From Fonticula alba ATCC 38817 (taxonomy: Eukaryota > Protista > Nucleariida): DNA of 64,000 nt. This document shows, piece by piece, positions 63,093-64,000 of this stretch. The DNA is taken from the NCBI GenBank assembly GCA_000388065.2, contig KB932206.1, one strand, 5' to 3'. Position 1 is the first letter of the stretch. Each line of letters opens with the position of its first letter. The notes below the pieces were generated by a model that was given only the letters and a program-made list of their open reading frames with translations, ran no database searches and was not told the origin of the DNA. Position numbers and translations under genes: made by a program.

Positions 63093-64000
63093 CTGTGTGC
63101 TGCGCCGCCTGCCCCCGGCTGGCGCAGCGGCCTGCCGCTCGCCGGCGGGGCCGGGCCCCAGCCCCTGTCTCGGCCAACGGGCGAACTGTCCTCCCGCGGC
63201 GGTGGGGTGGGTGAAGTGTGCCTCCCCCCCGCCCCCCCCCCGCTTTCGGGGCACTTCCATGGATCCGACCGGATCCAGGGTGAGGGAACAACCGGGACTC
63301 GAATGGGCCGGCGGTTGAGGGTATCCACAACGCTGGCGCGCGCGCTTGCTCCTTGGATATTGCAGGGGCCAGGGCGGGGAGGGCTGTTCTCCGTCCGCCA
63401 GAGTGCCCGACCCGCGGTACCCAGACACACACACACGCGCGCACGCACACGCACATCTGCTTTTCAGGCGTCGACGAGCGCACACAGACCCGGGCGGGAC
63501 TTTCCACCGCTTGGGGGAGGAGAGTCCATTTCACCCGCCGCACCTCCGGGCGGGCTCGGCGTGCGCTCCTCCGTGGCGAGGGCTTTTGTTCGGGCGAGGG
63601 CCGGGCTCAGCGGGGAGAGGGGGCACCCGCCGCCCGTGTACACCGCTCCCCGACGCGGCCAGGGGGAGGGGGGACAGCGCCGCGCGGGGGTAGAAGACAT
63701 AAATGCCGGCCCGACTCAGGGGCTCGCGGGTGGTCCGCACCCAGAATGCGCAGCGAGGGCCAATCTGGCGGCAGGGCGCGTGCCCGCGGCGGACGCGCCC
63801 CCATCACAACGAGCTTCCCCAGCCGCCTGCCCGTGGGCCGATCCTGCTCTTCGGTGGGACTGCCGATGGGCGGGAAAGCAGCGAGACAATTGGACGGCGA
63901 GAGGAAAAACCAATCCACGGACCAATAGGCTGTGGGAGCGCGCGCTGAGAGCGAAAGAGGGAGAGAGAGAGAGGGAGAGCGAAAATCACCACCATTAAAA

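Overview
This is a GC-rich, intron-rich eukaryotic genomic scaffold with 13 N-gaps, not a prokaryote or phage. I found no CRISPR array, rRNA, tRNA or transposon. I reconstructed 12 protein-coding genes by hand, checking splice phases exon by exon: CNOT2/Not2 (+), a divergent Zwilch-like kinetochore protein (-), a membrane-anchored bacterial-type sulfotransferase (-), RanGAP/Rna1 (+, partly in gaps), NR2C2AP-like (-), a DENN-RUN Rab regulator (+), PP2A catalytic subunit (+), a 16-exon ~1383-aa orphan (-), a Get5/Mdy2-like UBL protein (+), exocyst Sec15/EXOC6 (-), Raptor/Kog1 (-) and BRK1/HSPC300 (+). The mix of fungal-type Get5 and Rna1 with Zwilch and WAVE-complex BRK1 suggests a unicellular amoeboid opisthokont (a Fonticula-like holomycotan is my inference, not verified). 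Family assignments come from motifs and remembered sequences; no database search was run. Main points worth a second look: (1) the 5' splice-site consensus is GTGCGT/GTACGT, with C at +4 in 54 of 63 modelled introns and A in only 2; (2) the orphan 16-exon gene; (3) the sulfotransferase; (4) the Zwilch homologue; (5) a G270N change in the toxin-binding loop of PP2Ac. Two duplications look like assembly artefacts, one containing Illumina adapter sequence inside Raptor. I found no clear multi-gene novel system; most long six-frame ORFs are GC or low-complexity by-products.
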